DNA of 64,000 nt from Podarcis melisellensis (Eukaryota), in assembly GCA_964234715.1 (NCBI GenBank), contig OZ174278.1; one strand, written 5' to 3'. A program made the position numbers and the translations under genes. How positions within the stretch are numbered: the first letter of the stretch is position 1; every line of letters begins with the position of its first letter. Below are positions 1 to 12,294 of this stretch, piece by piece. Under the pieces are notes generated by a model that was given only the letters and a program-made list of their open reading frames with translations, had not been told where the DNA came from and searched no databases.

Positions 1-891
1 ATGGCTATTATTTTAATTTGGGTATAACTGTAAAGTCTTTATTATTGCTATTATTGTTATGATTATTGTTACTATGATTATTGTTACTATTATTGTTTCT
101 ATTGATTTATTGGTTTGTTTGCTGCTCTTTTAGGATATTTTGTTTTTTACTGTTTGATGCTTTGCTGTGTTTTTATATATGTTGTAAGCCGCCCAGAGTG
201 GCTGGGGAAACCCAGCAAGATAGACGGGATATAAATTTAAAAAATATCATCATTATCATTATGGCATGGATAAATGTAGCTACTAAACCTTACAGTGAGA
301 GTTGGGATAACATAACCACCCCTTTGGGTTTGTTGCCAGGATTCTCTGGACTCTCTGAAGATCAGCTCTCCAATAATAGATGTTATAAGAGACCTGCTTG
401 AGCTCACATCCGTGGACCCAAGCAATTGTTAAGATTTCCTTGACAGACAAGCTATAAGCGTCTGATGAGCAAAACCATATCCTGAAACACAACCCGAGAA
501 GGCCCACAGTATATCATCAGATAGGTAAGGAAGGAAGCCTCCTAAATGGCATCCTGCCCCTCTCATCTCTAAGTAATGGACAAGCCAGCTGGGTTAAAGA
601 AGAAGAAGAAGAAGCAATAGTCTGCTAGAAACACAGTTGTTTTTAAAAAGCATTGCTTATTTTTAATAGGAATACTTGCAGGTGGTAACCTCAGGTAGGA
701 GTTCTGTCCTAAAAGAGGCACGCTTCATTCTCTTACACATAGGAGTGAATGGTCCGTCTAAAGGCTACATGCTGGGAATAATTGGTTTGGAATCGCCCAA
801 GAAAGATGTTAGATTGTTTTTGCATGCCACAACTGCAGCAAGAATTTTGTTGGCCAAAAATTGGAAACTACAAGAAATGCCTACAGTAGAG

Positions 892-1049
892 CAGTGGCGT
901 AGCGTGGGTTGTCAGCACCCGGGGCAAGGCAAGTAATTTGCACCCCCTAACCCGTGGATTTGCGCCCCCTAACCCGTGGATTTGCGCCCCTAACCCTAAC
1001 CCCCAGATGTTGCGGCCGGCCCCCCCGCACCCCCCACGCTACGCCACTG
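892..1049 (+). mobile_element. Non-autonomous hAT-type MITE
   Basis: TIR CAGTGGCGTAGCGTGGG/CCCACGCTACGCCACTG; perfect 8-bp TSD cagtagag (884-891, 1050-1057). Confidence 0.9.
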
Positions 1050-1497
1050 CAGTAGAGGAATGGCGGATGAAGATGATGGACTTTCTGGAGCTGGCCGACC
1101 TGACTGGAAGAATCCGCAAACAGAAAGAGGAGGAGCACCAAGAAGAATGGAAGAAATTTAAGGATTATTTAGTTAAATATGCTAAGATAACATAAGTAGA
1201 ATTATTTGTAAGTACCAAATTGGCCTAGGAGTTCAATATGTAAAATTGTATAACATTATGGATAGAGGATAATATGAAAAGAAAGAAAGATGTTAATTGA
1301 CTAAGTTTATCTCAATTGAAAGAAGTATTGGGAAACTGCTACAATGACTTATATGGAAACTCAGCTAGGGGGTTTTGAGGAAGTCACCCAACAATGATAA
1401 CAAAATTGGGATTTTAACAGTTAGGATAAATGTTTGTTTGTTTATTTGTTTGTTTTATATTGTAATGTTTTTCTTTTATGTTTGTTATGTTTGTTAA

Positions 1498-1965
1498 GCC
1501 CTTCACGGCCTAGGACCCGTGTACCTATGGGACCGCCTCTCCCGGTATGACCCACGGAGAGCCTCAAGGTCCATAAATAGCAACACCCTAGTGGTCCTGG
1601 GCCCTAAGGAAGTTAGATTAGCTTCAACCAGAGCCGGGCCTTTTCAACTCTGGCTCCGGTCTGGTGGAACGCTCTGCCTCATGAAACCAGGGCCCCGCAG
1701 GATCTGATTTCTTTCCGCAGGGCCTGTAAGACAGAGTTGTTCCGCCTGGCCTTTGGCTTGGAGCCAATTTGATTCCCTCCCTCTCTTTCTTTTTTCTTTT
1801 CCTTCTCTTCCTGCAATGAGGCTACATTTTAATATTTTAATGTTTCAATATTTTAATGTTGTATTTTAATGCTGTTTTTAAGTTGTAATCATTCAACTTG
1901 TTTTTACTATTGCTTGTAAGCCGCTCTGAGCCCAGCCTTGGCTGGGGAGGGCGGGGTATAAATAA

Positions 1966-2016
<51 letters not shown>
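1498..2016 (+). mobile_element. L2-clade LINE 3' fragment with (TTA)n tail
   Basis: ALHGLGPVYLWDRLSRY...EVRLASTRA...WWNALP...FRRACKTELF-like ORF2 end; tail gggtataaataaattt(atta)n. Confidence 0.8.
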
Positions 2017-2017
<1 letters not shown>

Positions 2018-2440
2018 AATTCAGAAAATTAATTTGAAAAAAGGACACATGCTGAGCCAAGGGGTGAGGCAAAGGGGTGCCGAAGTGGAGGTACTGAACA
2101 GTCGCCTGCAGCACCATCAATACCTACCCCTACGATCTGTCTCCACGGAGCTTTTTCCTTCTTTCTTTCTTCTGGTCAGTCTCTAAGAGCAAATTGAACC
2201 TAGCTGGATGACAAGGGCTAGGGGGTAGGGTGGGCACCAATGTCAGGAGCAGAGGAAGGTTTTGTCACCCTCCAGCTGTGCATCCTACTAAATTGCACCC
2301 CTTCTTTCTGCTTTGGATGAGAATGGAGCAGCCCCAAGTCCAGTATTAAGTTCTGCTGCCCACATGACATGCAGTTTCGACCCTGGATGATGCTTGCAGT
2401 GAAATGCATAGGATCGCCATATATACCGAAAAATTCTGGT

Positions 2441-2586
2441 CAGTGGCGTAGGGTGGGGGTGCAGGGGGGGCCAGCTGCACTGGGCACAACATCTGGGGGT
2501 TAGGGTTAGGGGGCACAAATCCACGGGCTAGGGGGTGCAAATTACTTGCCTTGCCCCGGGTGCTGACAACCCACGCTACGCCACTG
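2441..2586 (-). mobile_element. Second copy of the hAT-type MITE (inverted)
   Basis: Same TIRs and interior as 892-1049; perfect 8-bp TSD attctggt (2433, 2587). Confidence 0.9.
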
Positions 2587-2782
2587 ATTCTGGTGATGTC
2601 CTGGGAGCGGAGGCTAACATGGCCACTCGGAGGGATTTTTAAAATTTAATACTAAAAGTCCAGGATTTTGTCTGTTCCTTGGTGGAAGCAGAAACATCTG
2701 CTGATTGCCACCCCACCAAAAAAAAACTCAACAACTTTTTGGACGATTGTCCAAAGAAAACTCTGGATTTTTTATTTCTTGA

Positions 2783-2859
2783 AATATGGCAACCTTAGAA
2801 TTGCACAACAAAAATAAAAAAATAATATGGCAACCTTAGAATTGCACAACAAAAATAAA
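2783..2859. repeat. Local tandem duplication (~36 bp x2)
   Basis: aatatggcaaccttagaattgcacaacaaaaataaa occurs twice. Confidence 0.85.
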
Positions 2860-5119
2860 CAGATGCATAGATTTTTCTACACTGACTTAGCCAAGGACGC
2901 AACAGACTGGGAGGTGAAAATTCACACCATAAACCAAAGCAGAAGCTTCTGCCATTGCCTGCTTACTCATAGTCACAAGCAAGTGAATTCAGTGTAACTT
3001 ACTCCTAAGCAAGGATGGCACCCTTTCTTTAAATTAATGACTACAAAGAAATAACAGCCAATCCGTCGGTCAACTATTATGTTAATTGCATTAAATGAAA
3101 AGTGTGGTTCTCAGTAGCTAAATGGGCATGCCAGGAATATAGCGAAACTTCTCCTGCAAGTAAACATTGCATCCTCAAGTTGCATATTTGTTTAAAAAGA
3201 CTTGTTTCGAAAGATCAACATGATGAGCAGAACTTGAAAACCCTGAAAACCCGACGCAGGTTGCTTTCAAACTGGAAGCCTGATATAACACTTGAGCCTA
3301 AACAGTGCTTAAGGAAAGAATATCCACTCCCAAGTGTACCCACACTAGGATTACATGAAAGGGCAAATTGAACACCCTCAGATCTAGCAGAGCTCTTTGG
3401 TTGACAGCAGACAGCTGGGTAGGCATCTGATTACCAGTCAAATCTGTCCTCGAAGCCCACACAGGCTGATTTCACCTAAACTGAAAAAGAGGAATCTTTC
3501 AGCTCCACAATCAATGACAGTTTCCACTAAGGTTAAGCTGAAACGGAACGGGCATTAAGGGGACATGGGGTGTGTGAAAGGGAAAGCTGTAAAAAAAGGG
3601 TGTTTCTTCAACCCCCCCCCCCCCAAGATAAAAGTGATGTGCCCACTGTCTTGGGTGGAGTGGCTTGGAAGCCGTCTTTTCCAAACTTATCAAATTATCC
3701 CTGGATTGGGGAAATCCAAATTTACTGGGGGGAACCAGCAGGATAGCTGCTGTTGGAGTGAGATGTCATGCGGACAACACCACATTAATAGGAATGCAAA
3801 CAGTATCGAAAGCACATCAAATGTAGGCGTGGACAAGCCCCATTTTTTACTTCTGTGCAAGCAACAATATCTTAGGAGGACTTCATTATAGGTCTACTTC
3901 TGTGCAAATTGTGCAGTGAAAAGTGCACCTGGCGTGTAGTTTTACCCAGAAAGATCTGGGTTAGGGTTAATGTTTTGTTTGTTGATGTTTGTCACCATGT
4001 TAGCCCCAAACAGAAGGTTTTGTGCTCTTTCTACACTGTGTCTTGTTTACAGTACACACACAGTTCCTTCTCTTGTGATTTGTGACGGATGTCTTGCATC
4101 TGTTTTGAAACTGATGGTGCCAAATCTGCACACACCTGGTTGCTAGTCCCCTTCATCCCATACATTTACTGTGGGAATAGGGGAGGGGATGGACCGAGAG
4201 ATTCAGAAGAATGTGGTGACAATCAAAGTCGGGTGGGGGTGAGAGATAATTTTGAAAAGAAGCCTCTTTGGTGGAAATTTTCAGGAACAGTGAAACATGC
4301 AGACTCAGATTAAAAAATATGCAGTCCAAACCTCAGAGGAAGATGGAAGAAAACTCATGAGATGAAACACAGGATGAAAGAAATTTCAGTACCAGATGCC
4401 CTTTGCTAACAAGTCATTTTGTAGCCAGGTTGATATGCCTCTGTTGTGGGGTACTATTGTTGATGCTGAAAAAGGAAAACCCAAATGGCATTACACTGTA
4501 ATTCAGGGCGTGATAGGTGCTGATTGCACAATGGAAAATCAGCATGTGTTGGCATGTCCTATAAGAAACGAAAGGCAGCCAAAATGAAATCTTCCTTATT
4601 GTGTGTAACTTGTTAATCGAGCAGCATAATTCTTGCTTTGAGTGGGAGGTCTTAGGTTCAGTACCCAAACCACTGTCCAAAGCAAGGATTGCTAACTTGG
4701 CAACCTGTTCACTGGTGTCGCTGGACAGGTGTCCCAGACTGAGCTTTTATTTTTTAAAAGTGAGGAGGGGGAGAAACAAGCCTTTAGCCAACACCCCCCC
4801 CCCACTGAAAGTTATGGAGCAAAAGGTGCAGGTCCACTCTAAGTGATTTCTGTGAAATGAGAATGAGTGTGTTGTGGCCACAACCTTGCATATTTTTGCT
4901 AGTGCTGAGGAATGCTCCCTGTTGCAATTAGACCTTGACAGCATCAGTGTGTATGAAAGCAATACCTTTTGATCTCTACATTTAGGGCCAGTAGGCTATA
5001 GCTGACACCCCATTTAAGGTGGTCTAAAGTGGCTGTCTCTCTAACGTTATGCCATGGTGCTTGTGGCAGCCAATTTGTGTTGTGCCATGCTGCCCCCTCA
5101 CCATTGCAGCTATTTTGTG

Positions 5120-5934
5120 GTCACAACATTATGATGGAAGATTGGGAAAAATTATGGAAAACTGATTTAAAATTTACAGATTGTTCCCTATTGAAGGAGA
5201 ACTATGTGAAGATGATGTATAAATGATACACAACACCAGTGCAGTTAGGGAAAATGAACAAAACTAGTTCAAATATATGTTGAACGTGTAAAGAAAAGGA
5301 AGGGATATTTTATCATATGTGGTGGGATTGTAATGCAATTTAAAAATTTTGGGAAATGATATACAATGAATTGAAGAAAATGTTCCATATAACATTTGTT
5401 AAAAACCCCGAGGCATTTTTGTTGCGGATTGTAGGGAAAGACCTGCCAAAAAAGCTGAAGAACATCTTCATGTATGTGACAACGGCCACAAGAGTTCTGG
5501 TAGCACAAGGATGGAAGACTGAAGAAACCCCAACTAAAGAATCATGGCAAGAAAAACTGATGGACTATGCAGAACTCGCAAAACTGACATATAAGCTACG
5601 GGACAAGGATAATTGTGACTTTAAGGATGAATGGGAACCCTTTACAAAGTATCTGAAGATGCAACAAAGCGAACTGGTCTCCTTGGCAGGTTTTGAATAA
5701 ACATTCACAAACTTTTTATTGATAATAATCAGCTAAATAGTTTGAGGATCTATACAACTTTGTAACATGCAGAAGACAGTCTCAGAGAAACAAAAGACTG
5801 GAACTGAGGGAAGTCAGGGGGTGGGGGCAGGTGGGTTTTGTGGGGGGGGGAGGAAGAATGGGGGGGGGACAAGGATGATATGTTTTTGGATGATATGTCT
5901 TGTTTTAATTTTGAATAAAAAAACTAAAACAAAA
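5120..5934 (+). mobile_element. 5'-truncated L1-like LINE (decayed CCHC region and ORF2 C-terminus, G-rich 3' UTR, AATAAA, A-rich tail)
   Basis: C*TCKEKEGIFYHMWWDC motif and ORF 5356-5700; perfect 20-bp TSD accattgcagctattttgtg (5100-5119, 5935-5954). Confidence 0.88.
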
Positions 5935-6049
5935 ACCATTGCAGCTATTTTGTGACTGGTGCCCCCAGCACTCTCTCAACATTTGAAATGTGCCCACTGG
6001 CCCAAAAAGGTTGTTGACCACTATACTAGAGCAGCAATGGGGCAAAGCT

Positions 6050-6225
6050 TGGGGACACTGCTCAGTGGCAGATCATCTGCTTCATATGCAGAAGATGCCT
6101 GGCATCTCTAGACAGGGGTCAGAAGGAGCCCTGGAGAACTGCTGCCTACCAGACAAGACAGTACAGTATTTACCTTTGTGAACCAATTGTCTGATTCATA
6201 TAACGTAGCTTCCTATGTTCCTGTC
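6050..6225 (+). mobile_element. Degenerate Squam3-like tRNA-derived SINE
   Basis: gctcagtggcaga...tgcagaag...ccctggagaactgctgcc...gcttcctatgttcct pattern; family recalled, not searched. Confidence 0.55.
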
Positions 6226-6246
6226 TCTAGCTGAAGATACATAGTA

Positions 6247-6518
6247 CCGTATTTTTCGCTTTATAAGATGCACCAGACCACAAGATGCACCTAGTTTTTG
6301 GAGGAGGAAAACAAGAAAAAAATATTCTGAATCTCAGAAGCCAGAACAGCAAGAGGGATCGCTGCGCAGTGAAAGCAGCAATCCCTCTTGCTGTTCTGGC
6401 TTCTGGGATAGCTGCGCAGCCTGCATTCGCTCCATAAGACGCGCTTCATAAGACGCACACACAATTCCCCTTACTTTTTAGGAGGGAAAAAGTGAGTCTT
6501 ATAGAGCAAAAAACACGG
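6247..6518 (+). mobile_element. Tc1/mariner-superfamily MITE
   Basis: TA-flanked, TIR CCGTATTTTTCGCTTTATAAGA / TCTTATAGAGCAAAAAACACGG. Confidence 0.85.
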
Positions 6519-7422
6519 TACCTATGTGAACCAATTGTCTGACTCATATAAGGTAGCTTTTTATGTTCCTGTCTCTAGCTGAAGATACATAGTATTTTTA
6601 ACGGTGGCGTGCGGAAATGAAGAAAAATCACAAATAGTTTTAAAAGATGTAGCATAATTTTCCAGAACCACTCCAATATCTCAAGGTATCAAGGTATTAG
6701 ATACCTGGGTTATCTGGTTGTTTATCTAGAAAGAAGATTAACGATTCCAAGACGAGCCCCAGGAAGCTCGCTGTGTGTGTTCCTTCTTCCTGGGAGAGCA
6801 ACAGCTCTCGGATAAGGAAAGAACAGAATTGCTTGTGAACTCTTAGTTCAGCAGAATTCTTAAGCTGGATTTGCATACTCTCTGGTTTGAGGTGTCTGTT
6901 TGAAATCAGCAGATGGTTGCAGTTTTGGAAATGAGTCTCCAAGGATCTAACCTTCCAAGAGACCCCTAAAGCACCGGCTTGTATTCAATGGCATTAGCAG
7001 GCAATGGCCTAGAGCAGTGTTTTTGGGTCTCCAGCTTCTGTTGGAATACAGCTCCCATCATTCCTAGCAAGCAGGGCCAGTGGTCAGGGATTGACCCATT
7101 CCAAGAACATCGTACAGTGGCATACTGTGGGGTGGGCACAGGAGTGGTTGCCCTGGGCGCAAAATTGTTAGGGGCACAACATTTCAACACCAGGTGCTGC
7201 CTCAATACAGCTGCACGTATCGACCGCTGGGCTTCATTGAAAGCAGCTTCTCCTTGCAAACCAGGAAGTGAACTCTCCAGACAACGAACGACTCTTCTTA
7301 CCTCTGTGGCTGCAATCTCCTGGATGACACAGACACCTCTATTTTCAGATCATAAAGTCCTTTACACAGATCAGCTATACAGTACTCAATGTGAGACTTT
7401 AATGTTGTGTACAGTGTAAGGT

Positions 7423-7764
7423 GGGACGCTGGTGGCGCTGTGGGTTAAACCACGGAGCCTAGGACTTGCTGATCAGAAGGTCGGCGGTTCGAATCCCCGC
7501 GACTGGGTGAGCTCCTGTTGCTCAGTCCCTGCACCTGCCAGTTCAAAAGCACGTCAAAGTGCAAGTAGATAAATAGGTACCACTCCGGCGGGAAGGTAAA
7601 CGCTGTTTCCGTGCACTGCTCTGGTTCGCCAGAAGCTGCTTAGTCATGCTGGCCACATGACCCAGAAGCTGTACGCCAGCTCCCTCGGCCAATAAAGCAA
7701 GATGAGCGCCGCAACCCCAGAGTTGGTCATGACTGGACCTAATGGTCAGGGGTCCCTTTACCTT
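7423..7764 (+). mobile_element. Sauria/Squam1-type SINE, full length
   Basis: tRNA-like head (ggtggcgctgtgg...ggttcgaatcc), (accttt)n tail, 13-bp TSD tacagtgtaaggt/tacagtataaggt. Confidence 0.9.
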
Positions 7765-7910
7765 TACAGTATAAGGTTGGGGGAGAAGAGAGGTGGGGAG
7801 AGAGAGTAGCAAACTTTCATTATTTTTATTTGGGCCTTCTATAAGGGAGATGTGGTTGTGGTTTTATGCACTTTGCACATTTTTTGAAGACAACGGTGCT
7901 GATTGTAGTA

Positions 7911-8169
7911 CCGTATCTTTTGCTCTATAAGACTCACTTTTTCCCTCCTAAAAAGTAAGGGGAAATGTGTGTGCATCTTATGGAGCAAATGCAGGCTGCG
8001 CAGCTATCCCAGAAGCCAGAACAGCAAGAGGGATTGCTGCTTTCACTGCGCAGTGATCCCTCTTGCTGTTCTGGCTTCTGAGATTCAGAATATTTTTTTT
8101 CTTCTTTTCCTCCTCCAAAAACTAGGTGCATCTTGTGGTCTGGTACGTCTTATAGAGCGAAAAATAGGG
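7911..8169 (-). mobile_element. Tc1/mariner-superfamily MITE, inverted copy of 6247-6518
   Basis: Near-identical reverse complement; TA flanks. Confidence 0.85.
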
Positions 8170-9219
8170 TAAGCTACTATGAACAAGTTTGTATGGTTCT
8201 GTGGCTTCAGCAGTATAGTACAAACAAGTTTTAAATGAATCCACAGCTCTGATGCTATGTTTACTCTCAAAGCCTTTTAAGTTGAGCAACGGCCAACCAG
8301 GAGTGTTCAAGAATGTATAAACCATGATGTGATACATTATACCCAGGCCTAAGAAGAATCTTCTGAGTCGAGGCTGCAACACTTACAGGACTTTTGAAAC
8401 AACAAGCTCTTGGGCCAAAGAATTGAATGCACCAGCATGATGCAACAAAGGAAAGATCTCTTCCATCTGCTGACCCCTACAAAATATTATCCCTAGGGAG
8501 CTGCCTAGAAGAGTTGCTTACTCAGAAGCCCTGGAACTAGTTCTGATCTAATAACTTATCTGTTATGCTGACCTCATTTTCCCTGCAGCACACTTTCCAT
8601 GCAACTGATTAGCAAAAGAGATGTATGATAACGAATGAGACTTTCAGGCCTTCATCTTTTGATCCTCAATTATTATCCTCGACAGTCAGCGATAAATTGG
8701 GAGATGCTTTGGGCCATGCCTGTCTTTGGACTAGAAGCCGGGAATGAATAATGGTAATCGGTCCCTGTTTTTAGTGCTTGCTTATTGTAACTTTGCACCC
8801 TGCCGTGAAATGGGAGGTGGGATCCTTGAAGGAAAGGCGTCATCAAGAGGCATATCCTTCTTCTGAGAGTAGAATCAAATCTGTAATGTAAGCAGCGAGT
8901 ACAAAGATACAGGATGTCATAGCAGCGTCAGGTAATGTGCTGAAGAAGTTTCATTGAATGCATGTGTAGGTACAAAAAGCAGATATGTTAATCAGTCACA
9001 GTGCCATGAAACTACCATCTTAAGGCAGATCTATCCATTTGACAAGTGCTTAGGGAAACACTGGTGTTTAATTCAGCTAGCACAAAAGGCCTTGGTTTCG
9101 TACATACAAGTATGAGCGTGTTAAACAGTACACCCATGTACACATGCTAAGGAAATTGTAATTTGCCAAGATTCCAAAATCCATCTAAAGTGATGTTTAA
9201 AAATGATGTCCACAGGTAT

Positions 9220-9795
9220 TTGTCGGAAATGTAAAGAAAGAGGAGGAACTTGCAAATTAGGAAAGGACTTCTGGGAAATGATATATAATGAAATGGGGGG
9301 GAAATGATGAAGGTATCTTTTAAGAAGAAGCTGGAAGCCCTTTTTAAAGGAATAATAGGGGAGGACATTCCAAAACATCAAAAGAACTTATTGATGTATG
9401 CTACAACAGTGGCACGGATGTTATATGCCCAGAAATGGAAGGAGTAACTCTGACAAAAGAGGAATGACAGATGAAACTGTGGGAATATGCTGAACTGGCT
9501 AATTTAACAAGCAGAATTCAAGACCAAGAGAAGAAGATGTTTAAGAAAGAAAGGGAGAAATTTGTGGAATATACACCTTAAAACGCAAGCAGGACTAGAA
9601 TAATCAGAGCAGAGAAACGAAATAAGGCTGAAGGTGAATATAAAATGGTAAAGTAGCATTTTGGATATGCAGTTGAATAAGGGAAACTTTCATGAGCCAC
9701 TGAAGTGGGGGAGGGAAGTCAAGGATAACAAGATTACTTTAATAAATGTGCATTTGTTGTAAAATTGAAAACTTTAAATAAAATGTGGGGGGAAA
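9220..9795 (+). mobile_element. 5'-truncated L1-like LINE fragment
   Basis: Decayed CRKCKERGG...FWEMIYNEM...MYATTVARMLYAQKWK; perfect 15-bp TSD gatgtccacaggtat (9205, 9796). Confidence 0.85.
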
Positions 9796-11725
9796 GATGT
9801 CCACAGGTATGATGATCATACATGTATGTTCTGTGTTCACTAAAGGAAACACTGGTTTAACATCAGTATAGTAAAATATGAAGTTTCCATCAGTAATTTG
9901 GAAGGGAATCGTACTGTAAATGTAGGGTATAAATTTCCCACCTTACCCGTTTTGGTTAAGGTTGTAAATGTGCCCCAAATGGATTAAACGGGCATATATA
10001 GATAAACAATGCAAACTAGTAACTTTGGTAAGCTTATTTGTAAGGTTCACGTTTTGCAAAACAGTAACTTTGGTAAGTTTATTTGTATTCTACATGCATT
10101 GCCATTTTCAGTTAGCAATAAAATTGCATCTTGAATGGAATTCCACAAAGTAGCTGCTTAAATAGGCTTTGTTGCTTAATTGTAACAATGCTGACCTCAC
10201 AATGCTGCGTGCAACTGCGATGCATCTTCTCTGCAAGATTATTCTAATCTGCATGCATCCTGGTGTATTTATAGCCAATATCATCTCCTTACAGAACCCT
10301 TCAGTCAGGTGGCAATTTCTATATTTAGCTGAACTGCACATTAGTCCACCCTAGGGCAGGAGTTCTGATTTCAGATTTACAATACAGCAAACTTTTCAGT
10401 TGTCGGCTCTGATGAACGACATTCATGAATGAGTGCCATTTTACCCTTTGTACTATGTCTGTCTTTATATTATTCAAAAGTTTAGCCTTGAGTAGCTCAA
10501 GTGGATCTGGGCGATTGCTAAATAAAATAAAACAAAACCCAAACCACACCAATAGCCCAAATCATTTCAAAGTTACTAAAGTCCAGTTCTGTAGGCAATG
10601 GCTGCAAGCATTAGCATTACAAGATCTTTCTCTTTAAATTCATGCGCAAACATTTTGAGATGATTTGAGCCACTTAAAAGGAGAACTATCTATCACAAGT
10701 ATGTTTCTTATTTCATAATGATCCAGAGATTGTACCCGAGCGAAGCAAATGTTGCATATAAAACTTTGGGGTGCAAGAAAGTTGACCCTTGTGGAGTACA
10801 GTGAACTGCTGAAACTTAGGACAAAAGAAACATATAGGAGGGAAGGACGTGGGAAATAAACATTACAATTATATCTAAATACTGATGTCTTGCGCTTTGT
10901 TTCTGTACAACTACCACCACAACAAACACTTCTAAGATTACAGAACTTGTCCTGTCTGGAAGATTCCTGAGAGAATCCAAATGAACTGTATACAGTACAT
11001 TTGTCTGATAAAAGGAAGTCCTTCATAAAGATGTTTGCAATTTTATTTATTTATTTTAAAAAGCCGCCGTACTGATTTCCCTGCTGCAGAGTAGGTTTTC
11101 TGTCTGTATTCTCTTTTTTTTAAAGAGAAACGTGTGTATTTGTTAAGGTTGCTGTATCACGTACACATTTGGAGAGATTTAGATTTTTTAAAAAAGATCG
11201 GGAAGAGTTTTCCTTTCTGGCATACCTCTGAACTGTGTATCCTTATGGGAGAAATATGGGAATTGTTAAAGCCAATGTATAGGGCAGCCACTTAAGCAGA
11301 AGAAACAATGTTTGAGCTCCCTCTGGTGGGACCACAGAAGAAGGAAATAAAATAAAACTGGTCACTGACAGACTGCCAGTTGTTTTACAGCAGAAAATCA
11401 ATGCCTTACCAGAAATTCAGGTTTGTGCAATCAAAGAGTACTAAAATGTTGTATTGTTCTGGCCCTACAAATCCACTTGTAAAGGAAAAGAGAGAGGTCA
11501 CTTTGGGGTTAGAAAAGGAATGAGGAAATGCATTTTGAATGTGGCACAAATAGCCAATTAACCAGTACTTTTTTCTGGAGGAATTCAAGGGTAAGCAGTA
11601 CCAGAACACTTTTTCCGCTGGAAAAAAACTGGTTAAAAGTGTGGGCTTCCTGTAACAACATCATGGATAGTAAGCGGCACTCTTCTTCTTTTTTTTTTGA
11701 GAAGAAAAGTGCAGTGTTTAACTAC

Positions 11726-12294
11726 TGTGTACTGAGTTACCCTTGCCACCCGGCTCGTCGGACGAAGTCCGCGGGTCCTAGCAGAAGAAATGAGCTCAGC
11801 CGGAGACAGAAGCAATAAACGGAGATCCAAAGTTTATTGCGCAACAGGTTCAAAATGGAATTGAACAGCGAGAAAGGGGTGACATGAACTTTTGAAACTC
11901 CCTCCATGTCCCAGAATACAGTGCAAAATACATCCCAGTTATATCATGAATACATTAAGGAAAGGTTGGGTTACACAGATTACATCATTAATACATTAAG
12001 GAGAGGTTGGGTTACACCGGATTAACATAAGGAGGAGGGAGGGGGGAACATGCAGAGCTGGAGATATGTGCAGATAAGCACATCCTGAGTACTGGTGATG
12101 AGAAGACAATGGTAGTCTGCCACCTGGCATTGCCCGGAGGAAAGGTTTGGCAGAGTGATTTTGACACCTTACTTGAGGGATTATGGATATGGATTTTATA
12201 GATTTTAGTTCCCTTTGACATTGACAATTGGCAATAAATGGATATATTGTAGTGAAGAAGGTGAAGAAGACATGCCCCCCCCCCTTCCGTAACA
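11726..12294 (-). mobile_element. Probable solo LTR
   Basis: TG...CA termini, ~570 bp, minus-strand AATAAA (11833-11838) followed by a U5-like CpG-rich segment, internal direct repeats; flanking repeat is atypical. Confidence 0.55.

Larger units (their letters stand above)
775..2040 (+). mobile_element. 5'-truncated L1-like LINE fragment (ORF2 C-terminus plus 3' UTR) containing nested hAT MITE and L2 insertions
   Basis: Translates ...LFLHATTAARILLAKNWK...PTVEEWRMKMMDFLELADLT...; degenerate 14-bp TSD aaggctacatgctg (761) / aaggacacatgctg (2041). Confidence 0.75.

Noticed and set aside
5356-5700. Independent 114-aa protein-coding gene
   Set aside because: C-terminal remnant of LINE ORF2 with upstream stops, bounded by a 20-bp TSD
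7423-7500. tRNA gene (A-box/B-box, GGTTCGAATCC)
   Set aside because: It is the tRNA-derived head of a SINE present four times in the window with tails and TSDs
10010-10090. Short ~33-bp direct repeat pair
   Set aside because: Ordinary local slippage duplication with no further structure
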